Part shown: positions 49,342 through 58,110 of the stretch, in pieces
Layout of the letters: every line of letters starts with the position of its first letter
How positions within the stretch are numbered: the stretch's first letter is position 1
Assembly: GCA_964635905.1 (NCBI GenBank)
Contig: CAZWPK010000001.1
Location: forward strand, 288,293 to 352,292
DNA: 64,000 bases
Direction of reading: 5' to 3'
From: an uncultured Pseudomonadales bacterium
GTDB lineage: Bacteria; Patescibacteriota; Microgenomatia; UBA1400; UBA12028
Notes under the pieces: model-generated
Databases searched by the model: none
What the model was told of the DNA's origin: nothing
The model's input: the letters and a program-made list of their open reading frames with translations, nothing else
Program-made: the position numbers and the translations under genes

Positions 49342-49451
49342 AAAAAAACCCGCAATTTCTCGCGGGATTCTTTAAGGTTAGCACGTAATTCCCGGTGAGG
49401 AAGAACCTGCCAACATGCTCATACTATATCATGGGAACTATGGGCTGTCAA
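49342..49451 (-). promoter_or_regulatory. Sigma70-type promoter plus attenuator-like leader
   Basis: TTGACA (49446-49451)-17 bp-TATAGT (49423-49428); ORF MLAGSSSPGITC 49378-49416; CGGGA(A)UU can pair with AAUCCCG; terminator CCCGCGA-GAAA-UUGCGGG-U7 (49342-49366). Confidence 0.7.
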
Positions 49452-49513
49452 TACCACCTAAATTAGACTCCCCCATCAGAGAGGATCGTGTGTTTTGATG
49501 TATGACTATAAGC

Positions 49514-50305
49514 CTATTTGGGTGACACGTACTCGAGGAGATTCGCATCGGCTTCGTTTGCTCTCCCTTTTTCTCGATCGTTGTATTCCATCTCTGCGAT
49601 CCATTGATTCACGGAATTTGCCCAGGTTGTACTGCTAGGAGTGTATTTCTTCATGATTTGATCTGGAGTGACCAGGCCAATATCGATATAACGTTCCTTG
49701 AGTTCTTTTGCGACACGGTCAAAACTGGCCTCATAGGTATCAAACCCCAGTTCTCCTCGTTTATGAATTCCAAATCCAAAACAGTTTTTTAACTCTGGTT
49801 TACTATTTTTACACAAATTGCTCTCTTGCATCATGATTGCCGGTAGAAGTCGGTAATCTACTCCATAACGGTCCGCGGCTGCCACGAGCTCTTTGGCATA
49901 GTACTCGGGAGGAGTTAGGGGTGAATTATGGCGTTGTAAGAAGTTTTTAACGATTTCTACGCGAGCATCGGCAACCTGAACATCAAAGCTTAATCCAGAT
50001 GCCTGGACAGGTCCAGGCTGGGTGATCACAGTTGATTGCCCTTGAGAGCTGGGGAAAATTGACGGGAGTGGGAGTAGACTTTGACGTGCTTTAACGACGG
50101 GGAGAATACCCATGGCAGAAAGACCTACAAGAGTCAGAATGGCAGCGCCAAAGAGGGCTTGTTGTCCGAATCGAGAAACTAGATGCCCAGGTAGGATGAA
50201 TTTAGAACGCACGGGGGAAACAACGGGAGCCTCACCATCCACAATAGAACCTATTGTCTTGAGGGGCTTGTCTTTGGAATAAAAATATTTCGGTTGCTTT
50301 GTCAT
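49514..50305 (-). CDS. Membrane-anchored lysozyme-like (glucosaminidase/SLT-type) protein
   Basis: TM, then AADRYGVDYRLLPAI..QES, NCFGFG, KYTP..W...V. Confidence 0.75.
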   Translation of the reverse strand: MTKQPKYFYSKDKPLKTIGSIVDGEAPVVSPVRSKFILPGHLVSRFGQQALFGAAILTLVGLSAMGILPVVKARQSLLPLPSIFPSSQGQSTVITQPGPVQASGLSFDVQVADARVEIVKNFLQRHNSPLTPPEYYAKELVAAADRYGVDYRLLPAIMMQESNLCKNSKPELKNCFGFGIHKRGELGFDTYEASFDRVAKELKERYIDIGLVTPDQIMKKYTPSSTTWANSVNQWIAEMEYNDREKGRANEADANLLEYVSPK

Positions 50306-50432
50306 AGTGAAAAAGCGTAGTTTACTGTATCATAGTCTCTCGACTGGGTCAAATTGATCATCTGCGGTTTAGCTTGATATTTCCAGCTTTTCAGTTCGTT
50401 GTAAAACCTGTAACGGGAGTAAAAAGTGTACT

Positions 50433-51959
50433 ATGGCGTATTTTTCTAACAACACAACAATGTCTACTCTGGTTTCCATGAGTTCCGCGTTACGAGACAT
50501 TAGTTCCGCGATTAGCTTACTACTTTGGGACCAAGAGACGTATTTAGCTCCCAAGGGGGCGTCTATTCGAGCAACACAACTGGAGACATTGTCTGGCATC
50601 TATCATGAAAAAGCGACCCGCAAACAACTCGAAAAAGCTATTCGCAGTGCCCAAGAAGAACTTGCCAAGAATCCGGAAGCCTTTTCAATCCATGACAAAG
50701 CCCTTATTAAAGAGATGTGGCGAGATTACACTTTAGCCTCCAAGCTTCCTCGTTCCCTGGTTACGAAACTATCCAAGCATGCTTCATTAGGTCTGGAAGC
50801 ATGGAAAACTGCACGAAGCCAGAATGATTTTTCAGTCTTTGAATCAGAATTATCAACCATGGTGGAGCTCAAACGGAGCGTGGCAGAATACATTGGTTAC
50901 GAGCAGTCTCCCTACGATGCATTGCTAGATGAGTATGAAGAAGGACTAACGAAACAGTCCGTAGAGTCAGTATTCTCCGTACTTAAACCTCAATTGGTAT
51001 CCCGAATTCCAGTTCTTGTAGAACAAACACGAAACTACGATACGTCCCTGTTTCATCAGTCTTTTGATGAAGATACGTTATGGAACTTTACATTAGACGT
51101 TTTAGATCAAATCGGATTTGATCGGGAAGCTGGTCGCCAAGATCAGTCGACACACCCCTTTACCATGGGGTTGCACCCCACGGATGTGCGTTTAACAACC
51201 CGTGTATTATCCCATAACCCTCTCTCAACACTCCTCTCCACCATTCATGAAGCAGGTCATGGAATGTATGAGCAAGGAATTTCCCCAGAACTTGCAAATA
51301 CTGTACTCGGTCGTGCAGACTCTCTTGTCATCCACGAGTCGCAGTCACGGTTCTGGGAAAATATGATCGGAAAATCGCCGGAGTTTTGGCAATGGATCTT
51401 TCCCCGCTTTCAGAAAGCATTTCCAGAGCAGCTGTGTACTGCAAGCTGGCAATCAGCATTCAAAGAAGTAAACACCGTGAGTCCCTCGTTGATTCGTGTT
51501 GATGCGGATGAAGTGACCTATCATCTACACATCATCATCCGGTTTGAAATTGAGTCTGCGCTCATAGAAGGTCGTTTGAATGTCCGAGACGTCACAGCTG
51601 CATGGAATGAAAAATATCTGGAGTATCTTGGGATCGAAGTGCCTTCCGCTGCGATGGGGGCCCTACAAGACATTCACTGGTCGCAAGGGTTGATGGGGTA
51701 CTTTCCAACCTACTCCTTAGGAAGTTTACTTTCTGCACAGTTATATACTGCGATGCGCAGCGATCATCCAACTCTGCCAGAGTCCATTGCACGCGGAGCA
51801 TTTGAACAACCCAGAGCGTGGTTGCAAGAGAAAATCCATCACCATGGAAAGGTCTATTCTTCCAGTGAGGTGGCAACAAATGTCACGGGAAGTGCGGTCA
51901 CGGTACAACCATACCTGGACTATATTGATCAAAAATTTACGTTACTTGAGACACTGTAA
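50433..51959 (+). CDS. Carboxypeptidase, M32 family
   Basis: WDQET, YDALLDEYE, HPF, DVRLTTR, HEAGH, HESQSR, IRVDADE.TY..H, QDIHW, YFPTY; start may be 50460. Confidence 0.95.
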   Translation: MAYFSNNTTMSTLVSMSSALRDISSAISLLLWDQETYLAPKGASIRATQLETLSGIYHEKATRKQLEKAIRSAQEELAKNPEAFSIHDKALIKEMWRDYTLASKLPRSLVTKLSKHASLGLEAWKTARSQNDFSVFESELSTMVELKRSVAEYIGYEQSPYDALLDEYEEGLTKQSVESVFSVLKPQLVSRIPVLVEQTRNYDTSLFHQSFDEDTLWNFTLDVLDQIGFDREAGRQDQSTHPFTMGLHPTDVRLTTRVLSHNPLSTLLSTIHEAGHGMYEQGISPELANTVLGRADSLVIHESQSRFWENMIGKSPEFWQWIFPRFQKAFPEQLCTASWQSAFKEVNTVSPSLIRVDADEVTYHLHIIIRFEIESALIEGRLNVRDVTAAWNEKYLEYLGIEVPSAAMGALQDIHWSQGLMGYFPTYSLGSLLSAQLYTAMRSDHPTLPESIARGAFEQPRAWLQEKIHHHGKVYSSSEVATNVTGSAVTVQPYLDYIDQKFTLLETL

Positions 51960-52101
51960 TAAGGATGAATACAGTACAATCTGCCAGAGATCAATCTCAG
52001 CTGGCTGGACTATGTATAACTGTTTCAGTTGTTTGGATTTGTAGAAATTTCATTGTGAATGTTTTGCACTGATCGAAAGATCGTTAAGTAGGGGTGTGTG
52101 A

Positions 52102-52117
52102 AGGATGTTCGAACCTA
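52102..52117 (+). repeat. 16-bp direct repeat, copy 1 (AGGATGTTCGAACCTA)
   Basis: Identical to 52777-52792. Confidence 0.9.
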
Positions 52118-52127
52118 TTTGATGAAA

Positions 52128-52721
52128 TCAAAAAGTCTCGTTCCCTACTTGTTTCCGTCTTACGATTAGCAGAAGTCCAAAAAGACCATTGCCAAAAATC
52201 CAAGCAATCGGATAAAGTGCGGTCGGAATTGTATACATTTGTAATGCAAATGCAGCTAGTATAAATCGTACAGTGTTCAATAGATAAAAAGAGAGTGTTT
52301 CTGTATACGGCTTATTCCATGACTTACGGATGGTGGGAGCGAAACCTAGCAAATCAGTAGTTGTCGCAAGAATTGCAGAGATGAGAGGTTGCTTTGCAAT
52401 CAACCAAAAGCCGAGAGCAATGAAGGCAAGGATAAAAAACATTGTATCTGTGGTTGAAATATCCTTTTTCCCTTTTCTGGTCAAGCCTATGATGCATACC
52501 ACTGTGCAAAGTAGTGCAGCAGCCAGTGTAACATATGCTCCTGCCCCAGCACCCGAGCTAAATTGGACTCCAAATGCAATGAAAGTTACGAATCCCCAAA
52601 GAAACCAACTATAAACGTGAGGAATTGTTTTTCCTTTAAATACGTCTCTGATATATGGAACGTATCCTACAAAAGTCAAAATTACAGCAATGGCTCCAAT
52701 AACATTTTTGAGATTATCCAT
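52128..52721 (-). CDS. Multi-TM membrane protein (PQ-loop/SWEET-like duplicated architecture)
   Basis: YVPYIRD..KG.T.P..YSW and FAPTIRKSW.KPYTE half repeats; TATACT 7 nt before the ATG. Confidence 0.8.
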   Translation of the reverse strand: MDNLKNVIGAIAVILTFVGYVPYIRDVFKGKTIPHVYSWFLWGFVTFIAFGVQFSSGAGAGAYVTLAAALLCTVVCIIGLTRKGKKDISTTDTMFFILAFIALGFWLIAKQPLISAILATTTDLLGFAPTIRKSWNKPYTETLSFYLLNTVRFILAAFALQMYTIPTALYPIAWIFGNGLFGLLLIVRRKQVGNETF

Positions 52722-52776
52722 GATTAGCAGTATATCAGGAGTTTATACGAACAATAAGCGAAGCATGGATTGACGG

Positions 52777-52792
52777 AGGATGTTCGAACCTA
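52777..52792 (+). repeat. 16-bp direct repeat, copy 2 (AGGATGTTCGAACCTA)
   Basis: Identical to 52102-52117. Confidence 0.9.
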
Positions 52793-52850
52793 CCTTAGAT
52801 TATTCACGAGCACATATGCCCTGAACTAATGAGAACCTACGACATTTCGC

Positions 52851-53639
52851 TTATAGTGCCAAGAGAATGAAAAGTGCAAATGCAAAACGATAGAGAACAA
52901 AGGGCAAGTATCCTAGACGTTTCACACTTCTTCGCAAAAACGAAATACTGACTATGGCACAGCCAAAAGCAACGAGTGCAGCAAGCAGTGTCATCTCCAC
53001 AATGCCTGGTTCTAGTACTGTCCCCTGTAGTTTAATCATCTCGTAGAGACCCGCAAGTAAGAGTGCGGGGATACTCAGAAGGAACGAATACTCCAATGCT
53101 TGTGAGAGATTCATTCCCTGGACCATTCCTCCAGCTGCAGTAATCCCTGACCTAGAGGTACCTGGAATTAGTGAAATTGTTTGAAATAATCCCATGATAA
53201 ACAGCTGTTTGGCTCCCACAACCTTATCAGATTTGCCAGCCATTCGCTCGGCAATTAAAAGAAAGATTCCGACAATCACCGACATGAAGGCAATTAGGAC
53301 GAAATGAGAATGAAAGAGTGAGACAGTATCCTTGAGAAGGAACCCGATAATTACTATCGGGATAGAGCCGATCCCAAGTTGCACAAGTCGAGAATCTTTT
53401 AGCCGACCAGGTTTTGATACGGAAGCAAAAAATTCGATAACGATGGATTTAAGTACTGAGAATTCGGAGACGATTAATCCAGCAATGGCACCAAGTTGCA
53501 CAATCACGGTGAAGAATTCTGATGGATCCGAAATTCCAAGCAAGCGCTGAGCTACAAGCAAATGTGCTGTGCTAGAGACGGGAAGAAACTCTGTAACCCC
53601 TTCAATGAATCCTAAGAGAATGGCTTGCAGTAGTGTCAT
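52851..53639 (-). CDS. uppP: Undecaprenyl-diphosphate phosphatase (BacA)
   Basis: EGVTEFLPVSSTAHL, VQLGA, PGTSRSG.T, SFLLSIP, YR. Confidence 0.95.
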   Translation of the reverse strand: MTLLQAILLGFIEGVTEFLPVSSTAHLLVAQRLLGISDPSEFFTVIVQLGAIAGLIVSEFSVLKSIVIEFFASVSKPGRLKDSRLVQLGIGSIPIVIIGFLLKDTVSLFHSHFVLIAFMSVIVGIFLLIAERMAGKSDKVVGAKQLFIMGLFQTISLIPGTSRSGITAAGGMVQGMNLSQALEYSFLLSIPALLLAGLYEMIKLQGTVLEPGIVEMTLLAALVAFGCAIVSISFLRRSVKRLGYLPFVLYRFAFALFILLAL

Positions 53640-53727
53640 AGACTGACATTGTACCTGATACAGTGCTGCTTTTGATACTTCCTCACTTTAATCGAGATCT
53701 CTTGAACGTAGCTGGCAATAGTTTCTG

Positions 53728-54714
53728 CTAATTGTTCGCTTGGAGTAAGCTTCGGTAGGTGTCATACGCTACTGTCGGATTTCCGTTCTTGTCTAAGAAT
53801 GAGAATGGGGCGAATGTTCCAGGTGCTCCTTGCAAGAGAAACGGAGTAACCGCTACGATGCGCTCATCTTTTTGCCATATCTGTTCATACGCTTGTTTAA
53901 AGTACGCACGAAAGCGTGTGTTGGTTAATGCTTGCTGATTCCAACCAGTTTCCGTGATATAGACCGGAAATTCTTTTTGCGTGTACTTTTTGATAAACAC
54001 CAGTTCATGTTCGTATCCGCGAAGACTCATTTTGTCCGTACGATTCGGACTACTTGCGAATGCAGGATTGGGATAGGAATGGGAGTTCCAGCCATCAAAC
54101 TTTTCCAATAGATACGGCTCATGGGTTAAGGCTTCTTGCCAATAGCTAAAAGCTTCTTTGGTTCCGTTATGCCCATCAGCAGCCAAGTCCATGGCAGCGG
54201 GAAGCACGGTATAGGTTTTGGATTCTGTTTTAAACCAGTCTGCAGTAAAGGCACTAATGCTAGCATAGGAGGTTGGGTCGATTGTCCCACCCCATTCTTT
54301 TGCATGGTTGGGTTCATTAAAGGCGATGATGGTTAGTTCCGGACGATGCCATTCCAGTAACGTTAGAAATCGAGCCATGCTCACAATATTTGCACGGGTA
54401 GGAACCACCCAATTCCCATTCTCAAAGCGTGTGGTAAGTCGAACAATCGGACGGATTTTCAAGCGGTGGCACTCGGCAAAAAATGTCTTCCATTCTTCCT
54501 TTTTATCAAGGTCTGCTAAGGTAAATGGAACGGTCACAAATTTATCTTTGTCATCGCCGTTTTCAAGCAATGCGTCCGCTTTTCCAAGCTCAGCCGGGTT
54601 TAGGATATGGATCCCTAAAATCTCACCCCGAGCTTGTACAGGCATCACAACAACTCTATCCATCACCACGATGAATATACTCGAGAAGAGTAGAAGAGAT
54701 AGGAGTCGTTTCAT
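53728..54714 (-). CDS. Secreted clan-A glycoside hydrolase
   Basis: Signal peptide, NEPN acid/base, SHSYP, YITETGW nucleophile. Confidence 0.8.
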   Translation of the reverse strand: MKRLLSLLLFSSIFIVVMDRVVVMPVQARGEILGIHILNPAELGKADALLENGDDKDKFVTVPFTLADLDKKEEWKTFFAECHRLKIRPIVRLTTRFENGNWVVPTRANIVSMARFLTLLEWHRPELTIIAFNEPNHAKEWGGTIDPTSYASISAFTADWFKTESKTYTVLPAAMDLAADGHNGTKEAFSYWQEALTHEPYLLEKFDGWNSHSYPNPAFASSPNRTDKMSLRGYEHELVFIKKYTQKEFPVYITETGWNQQALTNTRFRAYFKQAYEQIWQKDERIVAVTPFLLQGAPGTFAPFSFLDKNGNPTVAYDTYRSLLQANN

Positions 54715-54813
54715 CCTACCTTCTATTTTACCCTACCAAGGCAACAAAATGGGTAATAACCCGTGAAAAGACGAGATAGGATGTTTTTCTAAATACCAGA
54801 AACTGACTTTTAT

Positions 54814-55788
54814 TTAGGCCAATCCTAGCAAGGTCCGTACTTCTAGTATAGTCGCTTCTGCGATTGCACTAGCCTTCTCAATACCCTGCGCAATCACAGC
54901 GTCAACAAAGTCGGAATCTGCTGTTAATGCCCTTCTTTTTTCCTGAAATGGAGCAAGCTGCGCAAAGATTGCCTGAGCAATGGTGTCTTTGAGTTCGACA
55001 AACTTTAAGGTTCCATCTTGGTATGCCTGTTCAAATGGCGCAACTTTTTCTGGTGCAAGCAATTCTAGGAAGGTAAATAAGGTTTGCAATCCTACCGATT
55101 TTTCTCCTCCCGCTTGTGTTGCTGTGGGAACTGCACGAATCTTTTTGACAATCGTGTCTAAATCATCGGTTAAATTAATGTAACTTCCTTCGACCGATTT
55201 GCTCATCTTCCCTTCTCCTGTCAGTGAAGGAATGTATTCTCCTGTCGTCTTAAAACTTTTTGGTTCTGGGAAGGACGTGCCGTAATCTTGATTCATTCGG
55301 CGCGCAATTTCGCGTGTAACTTCCAAATGGGGTTCTTGATCAATTCCAACGGGGACTAGCTGCGCTTTATACGCAAGAATGTCAGCTGCCATCAAAATGG
55401 GATAGTTTAATAGCGCCATGGTCGCATGATCCGGATGTTGTTTCACCTTATCCTTAAATGTTGGTAGGTGTTGCATCTTTGCAATGGTAGTCACAGAACT
55501 AAAATAGAACGCAAGTTCCAAATGGGCGTTGACTGCAGACTGCTGAAAAAGAATGGAGCGCTTGGGATCCAGTCCTGCGGCAAGGTAATCAACAATCACT
55601 TCTCTGCGATTGGTACGTAGTTCTTCTACATTATAAGGAGTTGTGAGGGTATGCACATCGGCAACCATAAACAATGTTTCAAACTCCGACTTTTCTTGAA
55701 GCTCCAGCATGCCTTTGACTGCCCCTAAGTAGTTTCCTAAATGGAGTTTTCCAGTGGCACGAATGCCTGCTAATACGCGTTGTTTCAT
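54814..55788 (-). CDS. trpS: Tryptophan--tRNA ligase
   Basis: GIRATG.LHLGNYLG, YPILMAADIL, VPVGIDQ.PHLE..R, KMSKS; AAGGAG RBS. Confidence 0.97.
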   Translation of the reverse strand: MKQRVLAGIRATGKLHLGNYLGAVKGMLELQEKSEFETLFMVADVHTLTTPYNVEELRTNRREVIVDYLAAGLDPKRSILFQQSAVNAHLELAFYFSSVTTIAKMQHLPTFKDKVKQHPDHATMALLNYPILMAADILAYKAQLVPVGIDQEPHLEVTREIARRMNQDYGTSFPEPKSFKTTGEYIPSLTGEGKMSKSVEGSYINLTDDLDTIVKKIRAVPTATQAGGEKSVGLQTLFTFLELLAPEKVAPFEQAYQDGTLKFVELKDTIAQAIFAQLAPFQEKRRALTADSDFVDAVIAQGIEKASAIAEATILEVRTLLGLA

Positions 55789-55813
55789 AACTCTCCTTTA
55801 TTGTTAGCTTCTA

Positions 55814-56101
55814 TCATAACGTTTGCTTGTGCGTTGCACTAGAATGGTGGTACCAAAGATCCTCCACACTGAGTGAAGAAATGCGCAGTGAATGGTGTTT
55901 GAGTTTGTGTGCCAACATGTTTAATTCACGCACACTCAAAAAGGTATCCGTTAATACCACCTTCACTAGTACCACTGTTTTCCCCACCTTCCCGATCCGA
56001 TCCGTAATCGTACCAACGGCATCTTTTACTTTTTGTTCATCTAGTCCAACGACCAACTGAGGATTTTCAGTCCGTAGTTTCTGTTCGATTTCTTGTTTCA
56101 T
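55814..56101 (-). CDS. Hypothetical 95-aa protein between the T-box and trpS
   Basis: ATG with GGAG RBS downstream of the T-box terminator. Confidence 0.6.
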   Translation of the reverse strand: MKQEIEQKLRTENPQLVVGLDEQKVKDAVGTITDRIGKVGKTVVLVKVVLTDTFLSVRELNMLAHKLKHHSLRISSLSVEDLWYHHSSATHKQTL

Positions 56102-56147
56102 AGTTTCTCTCCAATACTTTCTACCTCGCTTTGATGCCTACACATGC

Positions 56148-56390
56148 AAAAAAGCCCTTGCGGGCACACCAGACGAATCCAATGTGTCCACAAGGGCCTT
56201 CTATATTTGGCGGTACCACCTTGCGCTCGTTTCCAATTACTTGAAAACGCTTTGTCCCGACTGTTTTCAATCTGAGCATTTCGGGTGCATTGTATAACGG
56301 CAATGAATCGTCCAAGACCGATAGCCTTGGCAGTGTATTTCAGGATTGAAATTCAAGAAGTCCCAACCGATTTCTTGATCACTTGTACCC
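56148..56390 (-). promoter_or_regulatory. T-box riboswitch (Trp; transcriptional; ultrashort Stem I)
   Basis: AAGG-UGGUACC-GCC...GGC-CCUU antiterminator (T-box motif at 56209-56222); overlapping long terminator + U6; Stem IIA CAUUG-CCGUUAUA-CAAUG; Stem III; short Stem I 56351-56382 with UGG; TATACT at 56393-56398. Confidence 0.9.
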
Positions 56391-56511
56391 GAAGTATATC
56401 GTCTTATGTGCGTCGAATCTAGTGGGAAACATTCGTATAAACACTGTTTGTCGAAACGTTTGCTTGGATAGCCTATTTTATCGTTTGTAGAGGAATAAAA
56501 CGTAAGGTTTG

Positions 56512-56585
56512 TGAGTCGGGCGAGATTCGAACTCGCGACATTCTGCTTAAGAGGCAGACGCTCTAACCAGCTGAGCTACCGACCC
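56512..56585 (-). tRNA. tRNA-Lys(CTT)
   Basis: GGGTCGG/CCGACTC, TAGCTCAG D-arm, TCTGC-CT-CTT-AA-GCAGA, GTTCGAATC. Confidence 0.97.
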
Positions 56586-56629
56586 AATACCATCAGATGG
56601 ATATTTTATCACTTCTTACGGGTTTGTCG

Positions 56630-57976
56630 TTAGTCTCTACGACGGAATAGAGTGTAATTTAAAATTGCTTCGTTAACGCGTTTGGGATACCAATAGAACC
56701 GTTGCTTGGTGTCGGAATACCCTCGCTGCGTCTTGATTAGTCGGGCTAATTCAACCCTGGAAGCATTGATGGTTTTGTAGGTTACTACGTTTCCACTGAT
56801 TGAAGGAATTTGTTCAGGAACCGTAACAATTCGACGTACTTCGTAAAAGATTTGTGTGGAGCTGCCAGGCAAGTTTCCCCAAGGCATTTCACTTACTACA
56901 GAGAAAACGGTATTTAGCTGCTGTCGGACATTTTCTACTTCTTTAGGATTTGTTTGTTGTTCAAATTCAGTTAGTCGTAATTGTGCTGCATTGAGTGCTC
57001 GGCTTTCAGGACTCAAATGCATCCCATTTTGCAGCCCGTATCTGCGAATCAAAACATCATCCGGATTAACATGCAATTTTTGAGCTAACTGTGGAGATAA
57101 TGAAGCTGGATAGTGTACTAACAATTCTTGAAGCTCTTGAAGAGCAGATTCAAGTCTTCCTCCGGATATGTGGGAAAATATCGACTGGCGGATGTGTGAT
57201 ATATCTAGGTTGTTTTTTTTCATGTTGGAGGTTTTGAGGAATGCCACTGCAAACCACAAATCGCTTGCAAGTTGTTCTTGGAGTGGATATTGTTCGGATA
57301 AGAGCAGCTGAGTAAGCCCTGACATGCGTTGGTAGTAACCAATATAGAAACCTAAGCCAGCATCCTTATCCGTTCCAATTAGTTTACTTTGCCAATAACT
57401 GTTTTCTGAGCCTAGCGTAGATCCAATACCATTGGAGGATTGTTTAAAAGCTGAGATGAGCTGATTTGTCTGTGATGCGGCTTCCGACTGCATCATGATT
57501 AAAAATAGGATTGCTTTGTGTCTGTGCGAAAGATGTGCTGTTTTGGAGTCAACGTCCGAAGATAATTCTTTCCAGTGTAGTGCTCGAGGATCTCGAGTTG
57601 CTCCATGTCCGACCACCCCTAGAGCAACTGACATCATGATATGGCCTGGATTTAATGTTTTCTCTACGGCTTGGATAAACGGAGTTGCAAGAGCAGATGC
57701 CGATGTCGTCGCAAATTCAGCATTTGTAGCTGTATTGATTCGTTCTTGAAATGCTGTTGAATTCCAAACGGAATAAAGTGTTTGCTCTTGAATCGGAGGG
57801 ATTCGGGAGAACTTCCGATTTATATCCATTCGTTTCGCAAGTAATAGAAGACGAGACTGAATGCCCTTGACTCCAAGGGCGGAGTTTGAAGACTGATCTA
57901 GATCAAGTGCTTGAATCTGTTGATCAAGTTCTTGCAGTTCACTTGTCATCTGCTGGTGTTCGGGGCTAATTGGCAT
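56630..57976 (-). CDS. Hypothetical protein (about 450 aa)
   Basis: Long ORF; likely start MPISPE at 57976; no recognisable motif. Confidence 0.7.
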   Translation of the reverse strand: MPISPEHQQMTSELQELDQQIQALDLDQSSNSALGVKGIQSRLLLLAKRMDINRKFSRIPPIQEQTLYSVWNSTAFQERINTATNAEFATTSASALATPFIQAVEKTLNPGHIMMSVALGVVGHGATRDPRALHWKELSSDVDSKTAHLSHRHKAILFLIMMQSEAASQTNQLISAFKQSSNGIGSTLGSENSYWQSKLIGTDKDAGLGFYIGYYQRMSGLTQLLLSEQYPLQEQLASDLWFAVAFLKTSNMKKNNLDISHIRQSIFSHISGGRLESALQELQELLVHYPASLSPQLAQKLHVNPDDVLIRRYGLQNGMHLSPESRALNAAQLRLTEFEQQTNPKEVENVRQQLNTVFSVVSEMPWGNLPGSSTQIFYEVRRIVTVPEQIPSISGNVVTYKTINASRVELARLIKTQRGYSDTKQRFYWYPKRVNEAILNYTLFRRRD

Positions 57977-58110
57977 AACAACATCCCTACTTATCGAGGA
58001 GAAATTATAACATTTCAGTGTTTGCAAGCGAATTGCAGGGGGCATTTAACATTTGATACAGTGGGGTGAGGGATTAAAATCTGCAGTAGCCATATCCTAG
58101 ATCAGACTCT

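Noticed and set aside
48607-56168. Identical 15-mer TGTGCCCGCAAGGGC in the tRNA-Leu(TAG) variable arm (48607-48621) and the T-box terminator (56154-56168)
   Set aside because: Mostly a self-complementary GCCC-GCAA-GGGC tetraloop hairpin, so low information; it is not a tRNA 3' end att duplication and core genes lie between the copies
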